Positions 26,921 through 36,682 of a DNA stretch of 64,000 nt are shown in pieces. Source of the DNA: a virus; the IMG/VR virus record IMGVR_UViG_3300010413_000015, positions 10,952 through 74,951 of that record. One strand, written 5' to 3'. The position numbers and the translations under genes were made by a program. Numbering within the stretch: position 1 is the first letter of the stretch; the number at the start of each line of letters is the position of its first letter. Below the pieces are notes generated by a model. The model worked only from the letters and a program-made list of their open reading frames with translations, was not told where the DNA came from and searched no databases.

Positions 26921-27877
26921 CTAGCCCATTGTCGCTGGCATCTTAAAGTTGTCCATGCGTCGTGTGAGCTCTCGGATCTGGTCGTACATGTCGTTCACAC
27001 TCGGCGTGGGCTGGAGCTGGCCTCCATGCTGTCGCTGGACATCTGGGTCGTTCAGGAGCCGGAAATACGTAGCCTCGATTTCCGTTTGCTCGTTCAGGGG
27101 AAGCTCGTCAAAGGCCTTAGACCCCATAGCCTCCATTGCTTTCAGGAACTCCTGATACACACCTTGCGCACCTCCTGGTGCACCGGGTGGCAAAGCACTC
27201 CCTGGACCTGTACCTTCCAGCAGGCGCGTTTGCGCCTCATCCTGGGCCTGCCCCTTCAGCGTGGCAAGCTTCTCGATGACTGCCTCTATCTCTGCCCGTT
27301 GGGCCTGGTCGTTCACGGTATTGTCGGGGTTGATGGATGGCTTGATGACCTTGATACGGTCAGCAAATAGGTTAAGGGGCAACCCGTGTCCCTTGGCCCC
27401 GGGCTTTGTGTACTCCTCAAGAAGCATGTCTCGATACTGCTCTGCTCGCTTCTGTTCAAGTGCCACTGTCAAAGGGTCTAGCGATTGTCCTTGTGCATTT
27501 CCGTCGGAAACTGGGGCCGGGGCCGGGGCCTGCGGAGTTTTTCCTCCCCCCTCCGGGGCCGGGGCCTGCGGTGCGGCAAGCTTGCTAAGAATCTCGCCTA
27601 CTTGCTGTTTGAGCGTAGCGAACTCGCCATCCAGCACCTGTCGGGCCTGCGTCATTTCGTTGACCTTCCGGTCAAGACCCTGGCGCCGAGCCTCAGATTG
27701 CTCGTACAGGGCCTTGTAGTCCGGCTGTCCGGGCCCACTGCCTATGGCTTCGCCAAGGGTGGGCAACGTCCTAGTGTCCGGACCATGCGGTTGGGCCGAG
27801 GTCGCCTGCGGGGCCTGTTGTGGCACCCCGGAGCTATCCCCGGAACCTGCTGGCTGCGGAACTGTGTCTGGCATCAT
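26921..27877 (-). CDS. Capsid scaffolding protein
   Basis: Pro/Gln-rich with coiled coils (DYKALYEQSEARRQGL), upstream of the capsid gene. Confidence 0.65.
   Translation of the reverse strand: MMPDTVPQPAGSGDSSGVPQQAPQATSAQPHGPDTRTLPTLGEAIGSGPGQPDYKALYEQSEARRQGLDRKVNEMTQARQVLDGEFATLKQQVGEILSKLAAPQAPAPEGGGKTPQAPAPAPVSDGNAQGQSLDPLTVALEQKRAEQYRDMLLEEYTKPGAKGHGLPLNLFADRIKVIKPSINPDNTVNDQAQRAEIEAVIEKLATLKGQAQDEAQTRLLEGTGPGSALPPGAPGGAQGVYQEFLKAMEAMGSKAFDELPLNEQTEIEATYFRLLNDPDVQRQHGGQLQPTPSVNDMYDQIRELTRRMDNFKMPATMG
27498..27510. repeat. 13-bp quasi-palindrome, copy 5
   Basis: TTTCCGTCGGAAA in the scaffold gene. Confidence 0.95.
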
Positions 27878-27886
27878 ATCCTCCCG

Positions 27887-28162
27887 TTATCTGTCTTGTA
27901 CAACAATCAAAAAGCTTCGGACCCCGGTTCGAGAACCGTTGGTTGTGACAGTGTCCTCGATTCTGTAGGTGCTGCCGGCTGTGCCACCCGAGAGCCAGAC
28001 TGTGGTTGTCGTGTCTGTTTTAGAGTCGGCACCCTTGGTAATGCCGGCTTCTGCAGTCCAGGTGCTGGTCGAGATGGTCTCGCCGTCTCCCAACCAGTCT
28101 GACCAGTCGATGCGATAGTCCAGGGTTTCCCCGGGGTCCTTCTTGAAACTCGTGGTGGCCAT
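27887..28162 (-). CDS. Small virion fibre-adaptor-like protein
   Basis: KDPGETLDYRIDWSDWL...TVWLSGG motif, common in phage fibre cassettes. Confidence 0.6.
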   Translation of the reverse strand: MATTSFKKDPGETLDYRIDWSDWLGDGETISTSTWTAEAGITKGADSKTDTTTTVWLSGGTAGSTYRIEDTVTTNGSRTGVRSFLIVVQDR

Positions 28163-28172
28163 GCTACACTCC

Positions 28173-28547
28173 TTAGTCCAGGGTCACATCCAGGTCCCCA
28201 AGGGGAATCCTGAACGTGTCGCCAGAGTTGACCGACTTGGCTCCACCGGTAACTGCCCCACTCCAGAGACAGTTGCCACTTGACTCGGCATCCCAGCAGC
28301 ACACGTAACTCACAGAGCATGCAGGCATGTTTGTGAAGTCAATGTTGCTCTCGTTGGACACGGCCCCGCCAGAGGAAGTAGTGAAAGTGTCAGTCTTCCG
28401 GATGTAGGACCCGCCGCTAATCTCGGCTGCCCCAGTTTCGCCCGGGTCCCCACTGTGCAGGGAGACGTAGACCGTGGCTACAGAGTACGACGTGGCGTTG
28501 AAGACCGCATCAAGCAACTTGTCCTCACAGTAGTTACTAATTGACAT
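28173..28547 (-). CDS. Small virion fibre-associated protein
   Basis: SNYCEDKLLD...YVSLHSGDPGETG..EISGGSYIR...WDA..GN.L motif. Confidence 0.6.
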   Translation of the reverse strand: MSISNYCEDKLLDAVFNATSYSVATVYVSLHSGDPGETGAAEISGGSYIRKTDTFTTSSGGAVSNESNIDFTNMPACSVSYVCCWDAESSGNCLWSGAVTGGAKSVNSGDTFRIPLGDLDVTLD

Positions 28548-28555
28548 GGTTCCTC

Positions 28556-30373
28556 CTATATAGTTCTGTCTTCATAGAGGACCTCATGTTTGCGGTCCTC
28601 GTCGATGATGGGAGTAACCCGCTGCTCTGGAATCACCAGGTATATCCTGATTGCCGGCGTCTCAGAAAGCATGATGGTTAGTCCCGCTGCAGACAATCCA
28701 CCCTGACCGGACAGAGTGGCGGAAACGGGGACAATGAGGCTGGCGGCAGCATCCAACCCGCCCAGTCCTGCCAACTGGGCATCCCCTAAGATGATAAGCA
28801 AGGTGTCGCTGGCAAGGCTTCCCGTCCCGGTCATTGCGGATTGCCCTAGAACGAATCTCGTCAGGTCTGCGGTCAGGTCCCCAGACCCCGCCAGCTCAGC
28901 CTGCCCTATTACGTACACAGTGGCGAGTGCATCGAGCGCTCCAGCGCCTGACAGGATGGCTCCACCAGTTACCATCCCACTGACATCCCCCGCCGCAGTG
29001 AGTGTGCCTAGGCCTGAGAGAATTGCCTGGGCGGAAATGGTCAGCATTGCGCCACTGACAAGGTTCCCGCTACCCGCCATAGATATCTGTGCGGGTATTT
29101 GCAGGTACCCACTTGTGGTGAGAGCGCCAAGGCCCGACATTGCGACCTGGGCCGAGACCATTCCTGCTACCCCACCATCTGCGACAAGTGCACCTAGACC
29201 CTGCATTAGGACCTGGGAGGGAATAGTCAGGTATGCTAAGGCCGTAAGGCCCCCGGCACCAGTCATCAGCACAGGTCCCAGGACAATGCCATGACCGTCA
29301 GATGTTAAGGTTCCTAGCCCACCCATCTCCACCTGAAGCGGGACGATTCTGTAGGTGCTTGCCGTGAGGTCTCCGGCCCCAACCATGCTCGAGGTCAGGA
29401 TAACCACATTGACCCCTGCTGCATCGAGGGTGCCCGTCCCCGACATATCCACTTGGGCCGGGATAGTCAGGAAGGCACTGGCGGCAATATCCCCTGTTCC
29501 ATCCATGGCCACTGCACCAGTGACCGTCGCCAGGGCTGCTCCATCTACTGTTAAGGTTCCAAGTCCCTCAAGAAGAGATTGGGCCAGGACAAAGAGGTTT
29601 GCGTCTGCTGTTAAGTCCCCTGCCCCAGATAGGTCTACTTGGCCCATGACAAGGGAGTATCCAACAGCATCTAGTGTCCCTGTCCCTGACATCTCGACCT
29701 GCGCAGGGACTAAGACCAGGGTCGTTGCATCGAGAGCGCCAGTTCCTGATAGCTCCGCTGCCAGGAGGGCCATTTGGTAGCCTAGTGCATCTAGGCTGCC
29801 CGTCCCGCTCATGGCGCTTTGGCCAAGAACGAAAAGGTTTGCGGACCCCGTAAGCGTGCCTGTTCCCGACATGGCCACAGCGCCGGTTACTGTTTGGGTC
29901 CCACTTGGGACCTCAAACTCCGCCCACGAGACCTGAGCCTGGTTGTTACCCCCGGCGTTCACCGTGACATTAAATCTTAGGCGGAGGGCCGAGTAGTCGG
30001 AAATACTATTGGCCTGACTCTCAGAGAGCGTCTGTGCAGCAAGAGTAAATGTCGTTGATGGATTCGCGTGCGTCCATGCGGCGATCTCCGTATCGGCTCC
30101 TTGCCGCAGGCTGACTATCAGGGTAAGGTCCTTGTTGCTTACCGTCCTTCTGTAGGTGTACCGAACTACATGCCCCGTGCTGCTAAGTGGGTCGGCAACG
30201 GATGATAAAGCGATCTCACCTTGCCCCGTCATGTTAGACTGGGAGTAGATGTAATCGCTATCACTTCGGGTCAGCTCGTCAATGGCAGTGTAGATGTTTG
30301 TCTGGCTGCTACCTGCACTCTCCCACCAGATTCCTACACTGATATCGCTCGAGGGCCTGGCATAGTTCGGCAT
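28556..30373 (-). CDS. Repeat-rich virion fibre protein
   Basis: N-terminal globular domain plus about 20 repeats of about 20 aa (xQxxMSGxGxLxA). Confidence 0.65.
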   Translation of the reverse strand: MPNYARPSSDISVGIWWESAGSSQTNIYTAIDELTRSDSDYIYSQSNMTGQGEIALSSVADPLSSTGHVVRYTYRRTVSNKDLTLIVSLRQGADTEIAAWTHANPSTTFTLAAQTLSESQANSISDYSALRLRFNVTVNAGGNNQAQVSWAEFEVPSGTQTVTGAVAMSGTGTLTGSANLFVLGQSAMSGTGSLDALGYQMALLAAELSGTGALDATTLVLVPAQVEMSGTGTLDAVGYSLVMGQVDLSGAGDLTADANLFVLAQSLLEGLGTLTVDGAALATVTGAVAMDGTGDIAASAFLTIPAQVDMSGTGTLDAAGVNVVILTSSMVGAGDLTASTYRIVPLQVEMGGLGTLTSDGHGIVLGPVLMTGAGGLTALAYLTIPSQVLMQGLGALVADGGVAGMVSAQVAMSGLGALTTSGYLQIPAQISMAGSGNLVSGAMLTISAQAILSGLGTLTAAGDVSGMVTGGAILSGAGALDALATVYVIGQAELAGSGDLTADLTRFVLGQSAMTGTGSLASDTLLIILGDAQLAGLGGLDAAASLIVPVSATLSGQGGLSAAGLTIMLSETPAIRIYLVIPEQRVTPIIDEDRKHEVLYEDRTI

Positions 30374-32109
30374 TAGTCCACCTGCCCATTCTGAGGGGCA
30401 AAAAGCCTTGTTTCCGGCTGAATGGCCCTCATGCGCTGCTCCACCATAATCATGACCTGTCTCAGGTCCTCTCTTTCCTCCGGGCCCCTGTCCTCTAGGG
30501 CAACCTGCAGTTCTTTCAGGTCAAACCGCACGGCTACGATTCTCTCTGGTGGGGTAACTGACCCCGGAGGTGGAACCACATACCCGCCAGGGGTCATTGT
30601 TCCCAGACCAGAGAGGGCTGCCTGTGCTAGAATGGTAAGGACCGCATCTGCCGTCAGGGCACCTGTCCCGCTCATGGCCACCTGAGCTGTGACGGCCCCT
30701 ATGACATCCCCGCCAGAGACTAGGGACCCTGTCCCCGACAGGGTTGACTGAGCCAAGATTGTCAGCAGGGCGTCTGCCGACAAGGCTCCGGCCCCAGTCA
30801 TGGCCACAGACCCAGAGACAATGCCTAGGACGTCTGCCGACACGGTCATGACACCAGCGCCAGAGAGAGGGGCCGAGGCCAGGACATACACCATTGTGTC
30901 TGAGGACAGAGAACCTGTTCCTGATAGCGGTGCGACCGCGTACACATAGACCAAGCTACTTGCTGTAAGTGCCCCCGATCCGGTCATTGTGGTGGACCCA
31001 GATACAATGGGGACGAGTTTGTCTCCGGCGGCGGTCAGGGCCCCCTGCCCACTTAGGGCCGCAGGGCCAAGCACATAGAGGAAGGCGTTTGCAGTCAGGC
31101 TCCCGGTCCCGGACATCGGCACCACACCTACACGGAACAGGTGTGACCCAGAGGTAAGAGCCCCTGCTCCAGACATGGCACTCTGCCCAAGGGCAACCAT
31201 GTAGGCATCTGCATCCAGCGTCCCTGCGCCAGACATTGGCACGGCGCCTGTCACGTAGTTGACCAGTGTGTCGCCTGCGGCAGTGAGTGCGCCTACTCCC
31301 GACATGGCAGACTGGGCAAGGACAAACAGGTTGGCGCTTGCTGTCAGGGCGCCTGTCCCTGACATAGCTGTGGCCCCGGTGACTGTACCACTGCCAGCCC
31401 CCTTGAACGTCGCAACACACGCAGCCCAGTCGCGGTCGGTGATGCCTGTTTTCGCGGCAGTCTGCGCCGTGGTCGCGCTGACAATCTCCGCAGCACTGCT
31501 AATGCAGACATTCGCCGTTGCACCATTCGCGTTAGTGCCAGCCCATAGCTCGTTGCCTGAAACGTATCCGGCCCCCGTCGTCCAGGTGCCTTGCGTATCG
31601 TCGTTTGGCCCCTCTGTGCCAATCGCGCCAATGGCTAGCTCGTCAGCTTGGCTTAGCGTGTCCGTTGCACCGGAGGAAGGGCTGGTGCCGCTGCCCGTAC
31701 TGCCGGCAGCCTTGTCTAGTGGGCTAGAATCAAGACCTTTGGCGTGGTAAAAGCTGACCGCCGTGGCATAGGACGATGCGCAGGAGATTCTTATGTAGAG
31801 GTCTGAGCCGCTAGCAGTTGCTTCCGCTGCGTCATATATAGCTTGCGTGATGACAAGATAGCGGATCACCGCTGTGACATTGCCTGAACTGGATGCGGAA
31901 GCCCCCAGGGTGGCGGCCTGGGCCTGTGTCCAACTGGAACCATCGCGGGAGAAGTAAATACTATCAGGAGCCCCGCTGTCTCCAGCATAGGATGAGATTG
32001 CTACATCGCCCACCTCAAAGGTTGACCAGGGGATCGGCGTGTCGGAGTCCATATAGGCTTGGGCCTTATACTGTGCTCCTTTGCCCCAAGAGGCTACAGA
32101 GATCGCCAC
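30373..32109 (-). CDS. Repeat-rich virion fibre protein (paralogous repeats)
   Basis: Ser/Thr-rich N-terminal domain plus about 13 MSGxGxLTA repeats. Confidence 0.65.
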   Translation of the reverse strand: MAISVASWGKGAQYKAQAYMDSDTPIPWSTFEVGDVAISSYAGDSGAPDSIYFSRDGSSWTQAQAATLGASASSSGNVTAVIRYLVITQAIYDAAEATASGSDLYIRISCASSYATAVSFYHAKGLDSSPLDKAAGSTGSGTSPSSGATDTLSQADELAIGAIGTEGPNDDTQGTWTTGAGYVSGNELWAGTNANGATANVCISSAAEIVSATTAQTAAKTGITDRDWAACVATFKGAGSGTVTGATAMSGTGALTASANLFVLAQSAMSGVGALTAAGDTLVNYVTGAVPMSGAGTLDADAYMVALGQSAMSGAGALTSGSHLFRVGVVPMSGTGSLTANAFLYVLGPAALSGQGALTAAGDKLVPIVSGSTTMTGSGALTASSLVYVYAVAPLSGTGSLSSDTMVYVLASAPLSGAGVMTVSADVLGIVSGSVAMTGAGALSADALLTILAQSTLSGTGSLVSGGDVIGAVTAQVAMSGTGALTADAVLTILAQAALSGLGTMTPGGYVVPPPGSVTPPERIVAVRFDLKELQVALEDRGPEEREDLRQVMIMVEQRMRAIQPETRLFAPQNGQVD

Positions 32110-32111
32110 GG

Positions 32112-32435
32112 CTACACCTCACCTGGCCACTGAGCAGAGAACTCGTAGGTACCCATCTCGATGCCGCTCGGTTCCCACTGTTGCGTCAGGTCGTTCCAGT
32201 AATCAGGTTGCCAGCCAAGCTGTATGCCAGATACTGGCCATTCTGTGGTCTCCCCTGCAGGGCCTACGGCCGTGAAGACAAGCTCGCCGTTGTCGTATAT
32301 ACGCCCCACGGCATCGTGGAGACTATTGTTAATGCACCGTATGCGTGAGACTCGCCAGTTGGCGTTGCTCACGTCGTACTCCACCGTCACTGCGCCGTCG
32401 CCAAGTGTTGCGTACTGAAAAGTGACAGTTGCCAT
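32112..32435 (-). CDS. Hypothetical virion protein
   Basis: GGAG RBS; in the structural operon. Confidence 0.5.
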   Translation of the reverse strand: MATVTFQYATLGDGAVTVEYDVSNANWRVSRIRCINNSLHDAVGRIYDNGELVFTAVGPAGETTEWPVSGIQLGWQPDYWNDLTQQWEPSGIEMGTYEFSAQWPGEV

Positions 32436-32513
32436 GCTGTCTCCCTATGAGTTCAGGCGCATCAGCCGCAATCAAGGCAAACATGACGCCGACTTATTTA
32501 AGAGCCAGAGAGG

Positions 32514-32783
32514 TCACACTGGACTGACAGCAAGCCAGGTCAGCTTGTCTCCACTGGTAGCAGCGTCTACATACAATTCAGACAGTCTGCCAATGTAGTC
32601 AGTGGGGCCGTCACTCTTAGACAGCACTAGGGCCGTAGACATGGTCACGCCCTTCTTCCCGATGCCCACATGGCCCGTGTTGTCCGGGTGTGCCCTTACT
32701 ACATAGTGCTTGACAGCCGTGTCTGTGCCTGCTAGTACGGCAGTACCAGCAGAGGCTACTGTTACCTGTCCACTATCAACCAT
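32514..32783 (-). CDS. Small beta-rich virion protein
   Basis: GQVTVASAGTAV...AHPDNTG.V.IG pattern. Confidence 0.5.
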   Translation of the reverse strand: MVDSGQVTVASAGTAVLAGTDTAVKHYVVRAHPDNTGHVGIGKKGVTMSTALVLSKSDGPTDYIGRLSELYVDAATSGDKLTWLAVSPV

Positions 32784-33192
32784 TTCGTTCCTCCAGCTTC
32801 CGCTCTAGCCTCTCAGTAGATTTGCACTGGTCGGCAACCATTGTGACTAAGCCACGTAGCACCTCAGTTTGCGTATTGATGTTCTCTGCCAGGCGGTCAA
32901 TTGCTTTAGTTAACGCACTGGGTACGTACCACACAAAGACACCATCCGCGTTCTTTTGGTTGTGCCAGTCGTATAGGTCGCTGACTTGCCTGGCTACAGG
33001 TTTCATTTCTTCCGTCGCCCTCTGCAGCTCCAGAAGGAGCTGCTCTCCAATGGACCGCTCCTGATGCTTCCCGTTTCCCGTGAACTTCTCTACGAGTGGC
33101 TTTAGCCACTCGAGAATTATCCGGACTAGCAAGATTGCAAAAATGCCCCCCACCCCCACTTGTAGAAGAAGATTGGTGTCAACGCCTTCCAT
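32776..33192 (-). CDS. Membrane-anchored coiled-coil protein (holin-like)
   Basis: N-terminal TM helix followed by coiled coil. Confidence 0.5.
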   Translation of the reverse strand: MEGVDTNLLLQVGVGGIFAILLVRIILEWLKPLVEKFTGNGKHQERSIGEQLLLELQRATEEMKPVARQVSDLYDWHNQKNADGVFVWYVPSALTKAIDRLAENINTQTEVLRGLVTMVADQCKSTERLERKLEERNG

Positions 33193-34953
33193 TTAGCTGC
33201 TCCTTGTAGTAGATGTAGTAGGCTTTGCAGGGGCCATCCCCTGAGGCTGCTTAGCCGGTTGAGTAGGGCCCGGTTCCATAGTCTGTCCGCTGATCTGGGG
33301 CAGCGCCAGCTTCGCATTCTTCGGGTTCTCCGTCTTTGTGACCTTAATGGCACGTCCTGCTACGGCTGCCTCTGATTCTGCTTTCCATGCAAGGTATTCA
33401 AAGAGCTGTTCCAGCTCCTCGTCGATGTCCTCAATGTCTCCCAGCCGGCCGAGCCACTCCTTAGGACTAATGGCATCTGCCGTGACCAGCCGGGTAACTT
33501 CGTCGATAATCTCTATGCGGTCCCTTGGAACCACCGGCCGGAACTCCATGTTCTGCCTGAGGTGAAACATGGAATCGGAAATGGCCGGGACAAAGTTGGT
33601 GCCCCGTTTGCGCCACCAGATGACCAGGGCCATCTCATTCAGGCCGCCCCTTCCTGCAATGGACTGCGACCAGTGACTGCGCTCCCAGTCAACCAGATTG
33701 GTGGTGGGAAGCATCTCAAGGGCAATGGCCAAGCCCGATTTGGCCCCTTCAGACAGACCTCGCGCAGCAGGGGTAAGGCCGGCAACGCTCTCAGAGAGGG
33801 CCAGAAGCCGGTCGGAAAACTCGCCAGTCTGCTCAGGGACCTTTGGAAGAGGGAACTCGTGGACTTTCGGTGGGTTTACGCTGCGCGTTAGGCCCATGTT
33901 CAAGGCGCCATGGCGGGGGATGGGAATGGTTCCCGACTTCGAGCCGGGACCTGTATAGTCTGATATGCCGAAGGGAGGATGTGCTCCCCTGGTAAGGGCA
34001 TCCCCATAGTCGGCAAGGGTCTTGTTCAGCTCATTCTGCAGGCCTTCCAGGTGATAGGCCAGGCTGTCTCCCATGAACCGCCCAACCCGGATTCTGGGAA
34101 TGTACTGAAAGGGAATAATCCCGCGCCCGGTGATGGGGTGTTTCCATGGGTTGTCACCCTCCAAGGCAACCCCGTCCGAGGGGCGTCGGGCAACAATCCC
34201 GTTCTTGTTGTTCCGTCCAGCGAAGACACGGATGGAATACCTCTCGGCATCCCAGTATTCGACGACAGGGACTTCATCGTGGTCACGGTAGTCTCGCAGG
34301 TCTGTCTCGGTCATGCCATACTTGGTAATGGCCACTGCCTTAGGCACGCCGAACTTGAGCTTTACGGCCAGCAGGTCTTCATACCTGGTGGGGTCCCAGA
34401 TGGGGTAGAAATACTCAGGCTGGATGGTCTCAAGCTGGATACCATACACCGCACTCGGAGACCAGGGGTTCCATGACATCTTAACAATGGTACCACCGGC
34501 CCATTGCTGAATGGATGCGAGAGGGCGGAGTAAGTGGGATTGGTAGAACCAAAAGTACTGCATGATGTCCTGCAGCTTACTGGCAGCCTCTTTGGCATCT
34601 GGACCAGGGCGACCAGGAACGCCAGGGTCTACATGAATGGTAAACAGGTCGTTTGGGTTTGAGGAGGTCTGTCCCCGCCCCCACAACATGCCGGCGTGCA
34701 GGTTGCAATACGCAGCCACAAGATTGTAGCGGACTGGCCACCTGTAATTCTTCTCTTCGTCACTTGAGGGGTCTGTACTAGAAGAGACCGTTTCCTCAAG
34801 CCTGGACCCCTCGAACAATCCCCTCCACTCAGGGTACCGTTCCATGTACCAGTCGAGCTCGGGCTGTCTTGCCAGGTCGGGGTCCTTGTCTCCAACGGCC
34901 CGGACATCAGCGTAACCTGAGAGGGGAATGCTTAAACCTGGTATGTAGGGCAT
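33193..34953 (-). CDS. Portal protein
   Basis: RYNLVAAYCN, YFYPIWDP, IPFQYIP, LQNELNKTLAD portal-like pattern; start at ATG 34953 after GGAG. Confidence 0.8.
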   Translation of the reverse strand: MPYIPGLSIPLSGYADVRAVGDKDPDLARQPELDWYMERYPEWRGLFEGSRLEETVSSSTDPSSDEEKNYRWPVRYNLVAAYCNLHAGMLWGRGQTSSNPNDLFTIHVDPGVPGRPGPDAKEAASKLQDIMQYFWFYQSHLLRPLASIQQWAGGTIVKMSWNPWSPSAVYGIQLETIQPEYFYPIWDPTRYEDLLAVKLKFGVPKAVAITKYGMTETDLRDYRDHDEVPVVEYWDAERYSIRVFAGRNNKNGIVARRPSDGVALEGDNPWKHPITGRGIIPFQYIPRIRVGRFMGDSLAYHLEGLQNELNKTLADYGDALTRGAHPPFGISDYTGPGSKSGTIPIPRHGALNMGLTRSVNPPKVHEFPLPKVPEQTGEFSDRLLALSESVAGLTPAARGLSEGAKSGLAIALEMLPTTNLVDWERSHWSQSIAGRGGLNEMALVIWWRKRGTNFVPAISDSMFHLRQNMEFRPVVPRDRIEIIDEVTRLVTADAISPKEWLGRLGDIEDIDEELEQLFEYLAWKAESEAAVAGRAIKVTKTENPKNAKLALPQISGQTMEPGPTQPAKQPQGMAPAKPTTSTTRSS

Positions 34954-34962
34954 ATTCACTCC

Positions 34963-34999
34963 AAAAACAAAAAGAGCTGGAGCACATGGCTCCAGCTCT
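34963..34999 (-). terminator. Intrinsic terminator immediately upstream of portal
   Basis: AGAGCTGGAGC-N5-GCTCCAGCTCT, 11-bp stem followed by TTTTGTTTTT on the minus strand. Confidence 0.75.
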
Positions 35000-35018
35000 A
35001 GCTGCAAACTCCTTAAAC

Positions 35019-35249
35019 TTATTGTAAGGACTTGGCTTTACGCTCTGCCTTTTTCTGGTCGGCTTCTCTCATGACACATATCAGGTCATCGAGAGAGATA
35101 GGCCATTCTAGCTTGTCCCACCCCCACCAAACGTGGAGGGTAAACCCCTCTGGCCTGCCAATGATTTCCTTCTGCTTCCCCCTGCGGAGGAGGATGAAGC
35201 CCGAGACCTCGTCGTACTCGAGCTGTGGAACTTCCTTGTCTGTGGCCAA
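35019..35249 (-). CDS. Hypothetical protein
   Basis: 76-aa ORF, start uncertain. Confidence 0.45.
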   Translation of the reverse strand: MATDKEVPQLEYDEVSGFILLRRGKQKEIIGRPEGFTLHVWWGWDKLEWPISLDDLICVMREADQKKAERKAKSLQ

Positions 35250-35278
35250 TTATACCATACCCTTGTCCGCAATGTCAA
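35249..35278 (-). promoter_or_regulatory. sigma70-type promoter
   Basis: TTGACA-18 bp-TATAAT with TG extension. Confidence 0.6.
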
Positions 35279-35309
35279 ATAGGCATTCACAAAGACGGTA
35301 GATGCGCAA

Positions 35310-35576
35310 CTAGCGATTATCACGGACTTCACGTGGGCCCCTTTCCTCTCTAGCGGCTTCTTGCACTGGCAGAATCCCGTCGTAGAAGAGCACTTTCACC
35401 GTACTCATCCCTAAATCTGAGTGCCCCAGCTCAATAAGCCGCATTTTGACCAACAGCCACCAGTGTTGGTCCCAGTATTCCATGACTTCCGGTCCCAGGT
35501 GTTTCCCTGACCACCGATAGATGGCCAGCCAGAATTTCCGACGGAAACGGACCCAGGTTTCACGCATCCTTTCCAT
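35310..35576 (-). CDS. Hypothetical protein
   Basis: 88 aa, GGGAG RBS. Confidence 0.5.
   Translation of the reverse strand: MERMRETWVRFRRKFWLAIYRWSGKHLGPEVMEYWDQHWWLLVKMRLIELGHSDLGMSTVKVLFYDGILPVQEAAREERGPREVRDNR
35535..35547. repeat. 13-bp quasi-palindrome, copy 6
   Basis: TTTCCGACGGAAA. Confidence 0.95.
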
Positions 35577-35587
35577 TGCAAAGCTCC

Positions 35588-36682
35588 CTATGTGAAGAGA
35601 AGCGCCCAGTTGACAATGCCGGCAGCATAAGCTGCCAGGATTTTGTCAAACTCGCCTGGTACAAAGCTGTCACTGCCATCTAGGATATTCAGCATGGCTC
35701 GTCCTAGCCGGTGGGCCTGGTCGGCCACAGTGCCAGGACCGACCTCCCCCTTGGCCTCATCAACGAGTCTAACCAAGTAGGGCTGGACTAGGTTGGTGAG
35801 ATGCTCAGAAAGCATCTCCTTGTGCATGTCGCCTTCCTTGACGTGGTGTACAAGGGGGGCACCTACCGTAGCAACCATGCCCCTTATGTCCATGATGGTC
35901 TTGAGGATGTACATGCTCCACACATCATCATGCCGGCGGACACGGAACCCGGAAGGGGTGAAGTAGTCGGGGGGCTGCCAGAATGCTGGAACCAGGGAGG
36001 CAACCATTTGCACGTTCATGATGGACAGCGGCAACTTCTGTCCATAGGCCAATGCCACGTACTCTTGGGAAAGCTTTCGGTCGGCGGTAGCCTCGTCTCC
36101 GTTTAACTTGTCGATGCCATTGATGTCGGCTGTGCCAGTCCACAGCCCCTCGTTGAATGAGGGGGCTACAATCTTCTGAAGGCCCTTGTAGGCCTCCTCG
36201 CCACGGTACTCATAGGGATACCCTCGTGCCCACATCCTCTTCTCACCGAGCTGTCCCAGTGGGTTGTACCAGCCGGACAGTGTGTAAAACGTGTCAGCTG
36301 CTACTTCCCTGCCTATGGGGATTTTGTCTATGAAGTCGGGGGTGACTCGAGTATCGCAATCATCGTCCAAGAGGATGATGATATCATGCTTCTCCTTGGC
36401 TGCGTAGTACAAGCCGAATGCCTTACACGAGGGGTTGCGTCGTGCAATCCACATGCCTGCATTTGGCAAGTATGCCTCCTGGTCGCTATGGGTGAATAGC
36501 TTCATGTTCTTTGGCATGGGCCCCCTCTCCGCCATGCCATTCGAGTCATCCACCACAATGATTTCAGCGACTCTGTCCAGCAATGGGTCAAGATACTCAA
36601 CCGGAAATGCCCTCACGCTGGGAATCACCACACAGTACGTAGGGTCCCTCATTGTCTCGCGCATCCTTCCCTCCTTGTCCAT
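35588..36682 (-). CDS. RGP / UDP-arabinopyranose-mutase-like (GT75-like) protein
   Basis: IILLDDDC, ARGYPY, GLWTGTADINGI, RRHDDVWS resemble reversibly glycosylated polypeptide motifs. Confidence 0.65.
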   Translation of the reverse strand: MDKEGRMRETMRDPTYCVVIPSVRAFPVEYLDPLLDRVAEIIVVDDSNGMAERGPMPKNMKLFTHSDQEAYLPNAGMWIARRNPSCKAFGLYYAAKEKHDIIILLDDDCDTRVTPDFIDKIPIGREVAADTFYTLSGWYNPLGQLGEKRMWARGYPYEYRGEEAYKGLQKIVAPSFNEGLWTGTADINGIDKLNGDEATADRKLSQEYVALAYGQKLPLSIMNVQMVASLVPAFWQPPDYFTPSGFRVRRHDDVWSMYILKTIMDIRGMVATVGAPLVHHVKEGDMHKEMLSEHLTNLVQPYLVRLVDEAKGEVGPGTVADQAHRLGRAMLNILDGSDSFVPGEFDKILAAYAAGIVNWALLFT

